This document shows positions 63,687-64,000 of a DNA stretch of 64,000 nucleotides, in pieces. Under the pieces are notes generated by a model. That model worked only from the letters and a program-made list of their open reading frames with translations. It searched no databases and was not told the DNA's origin. Position 1 is the stretch's first letter, and every line of letters starts with the position of its first letter. The translations under genes and the position numbers were made by a program. Origin of the DNA: Octopus vulgaris (lineage: Eukaryota); the NCBI GenBank assembly GCA_951406725.2, contig OX597816.1, positions 1,302,001 to 1,366,000 on the forward strand, in the 5' to 3' direction.

Positions 63687-64000
63687 ATTGTCTGTATATT
63701 ATTCTCTTCGGATCTTTTCCTTTTGAACGGCAGTTTGTAACATAATTTCTAGGTAACTAAAAAGTTTTAAACTTCGTATACTGGCAGAATGTGTTTATAA
63801 AACATCATTTTCTCTTGGCTTTATTGAGAAAATTCTATAGTTTGTAAGATATTTTGTCTAAAATTTCTTGCATTTCAGCAATTTTAACCATTCGCTGGAG
63901 TCCATTTAGGTAAATAACATTCTGTGCATAATGAATATGTCCCCCCTTTAAGAAACAGATTGGGTTTATTTACATTTGTGAAGAAAAAAGATACCCTTCC

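Overview
Eukaryotic, AT-rich, repeat-saturated DNA with no intact host gene. The repeat complement and (TA)n/(TACA)n/(CAT)n/(TAA)n microsatellite density suggest a coleoid cephalopod such as Octopus (inference). Most of the window is layered transposon debris: many 5'-truncated RTE-clade LINEs ending in (GAT)n, several R4/Dong-like RLE non-LTR fragments next to (TAA)n, degraded Penelope-like elements (RT + GIY-YIG), a 1235-bp Tc1-like element with D36E spacing, two mariner remnants, tRNA-derived SINEs, a Helitron-like element and piggyBac-/hAT-type MITEs. Most ORFs in the track are microsatellite or antisense artefacts. The most interesting signals are: (1) short fold-back elements, mostly in (TA)n runs, carrying minimal hammerhead-ribozyme motifs and a short unpaired tail, plus one related element joining a Pol III tRNA-like head to the hammerhead (candidate Penelope-mobilised SINE/retrozyme system); (2) RTE LINEs with a PHD-like finger inside the RT and a variable-copy hairpin array in the 3' UTR; (3) partitioning of retroelement clades among microsatellite targets. 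One possible minus-strand host start exon lies at 987-1102. Coordinates were read by eye and may be off by a few bases.
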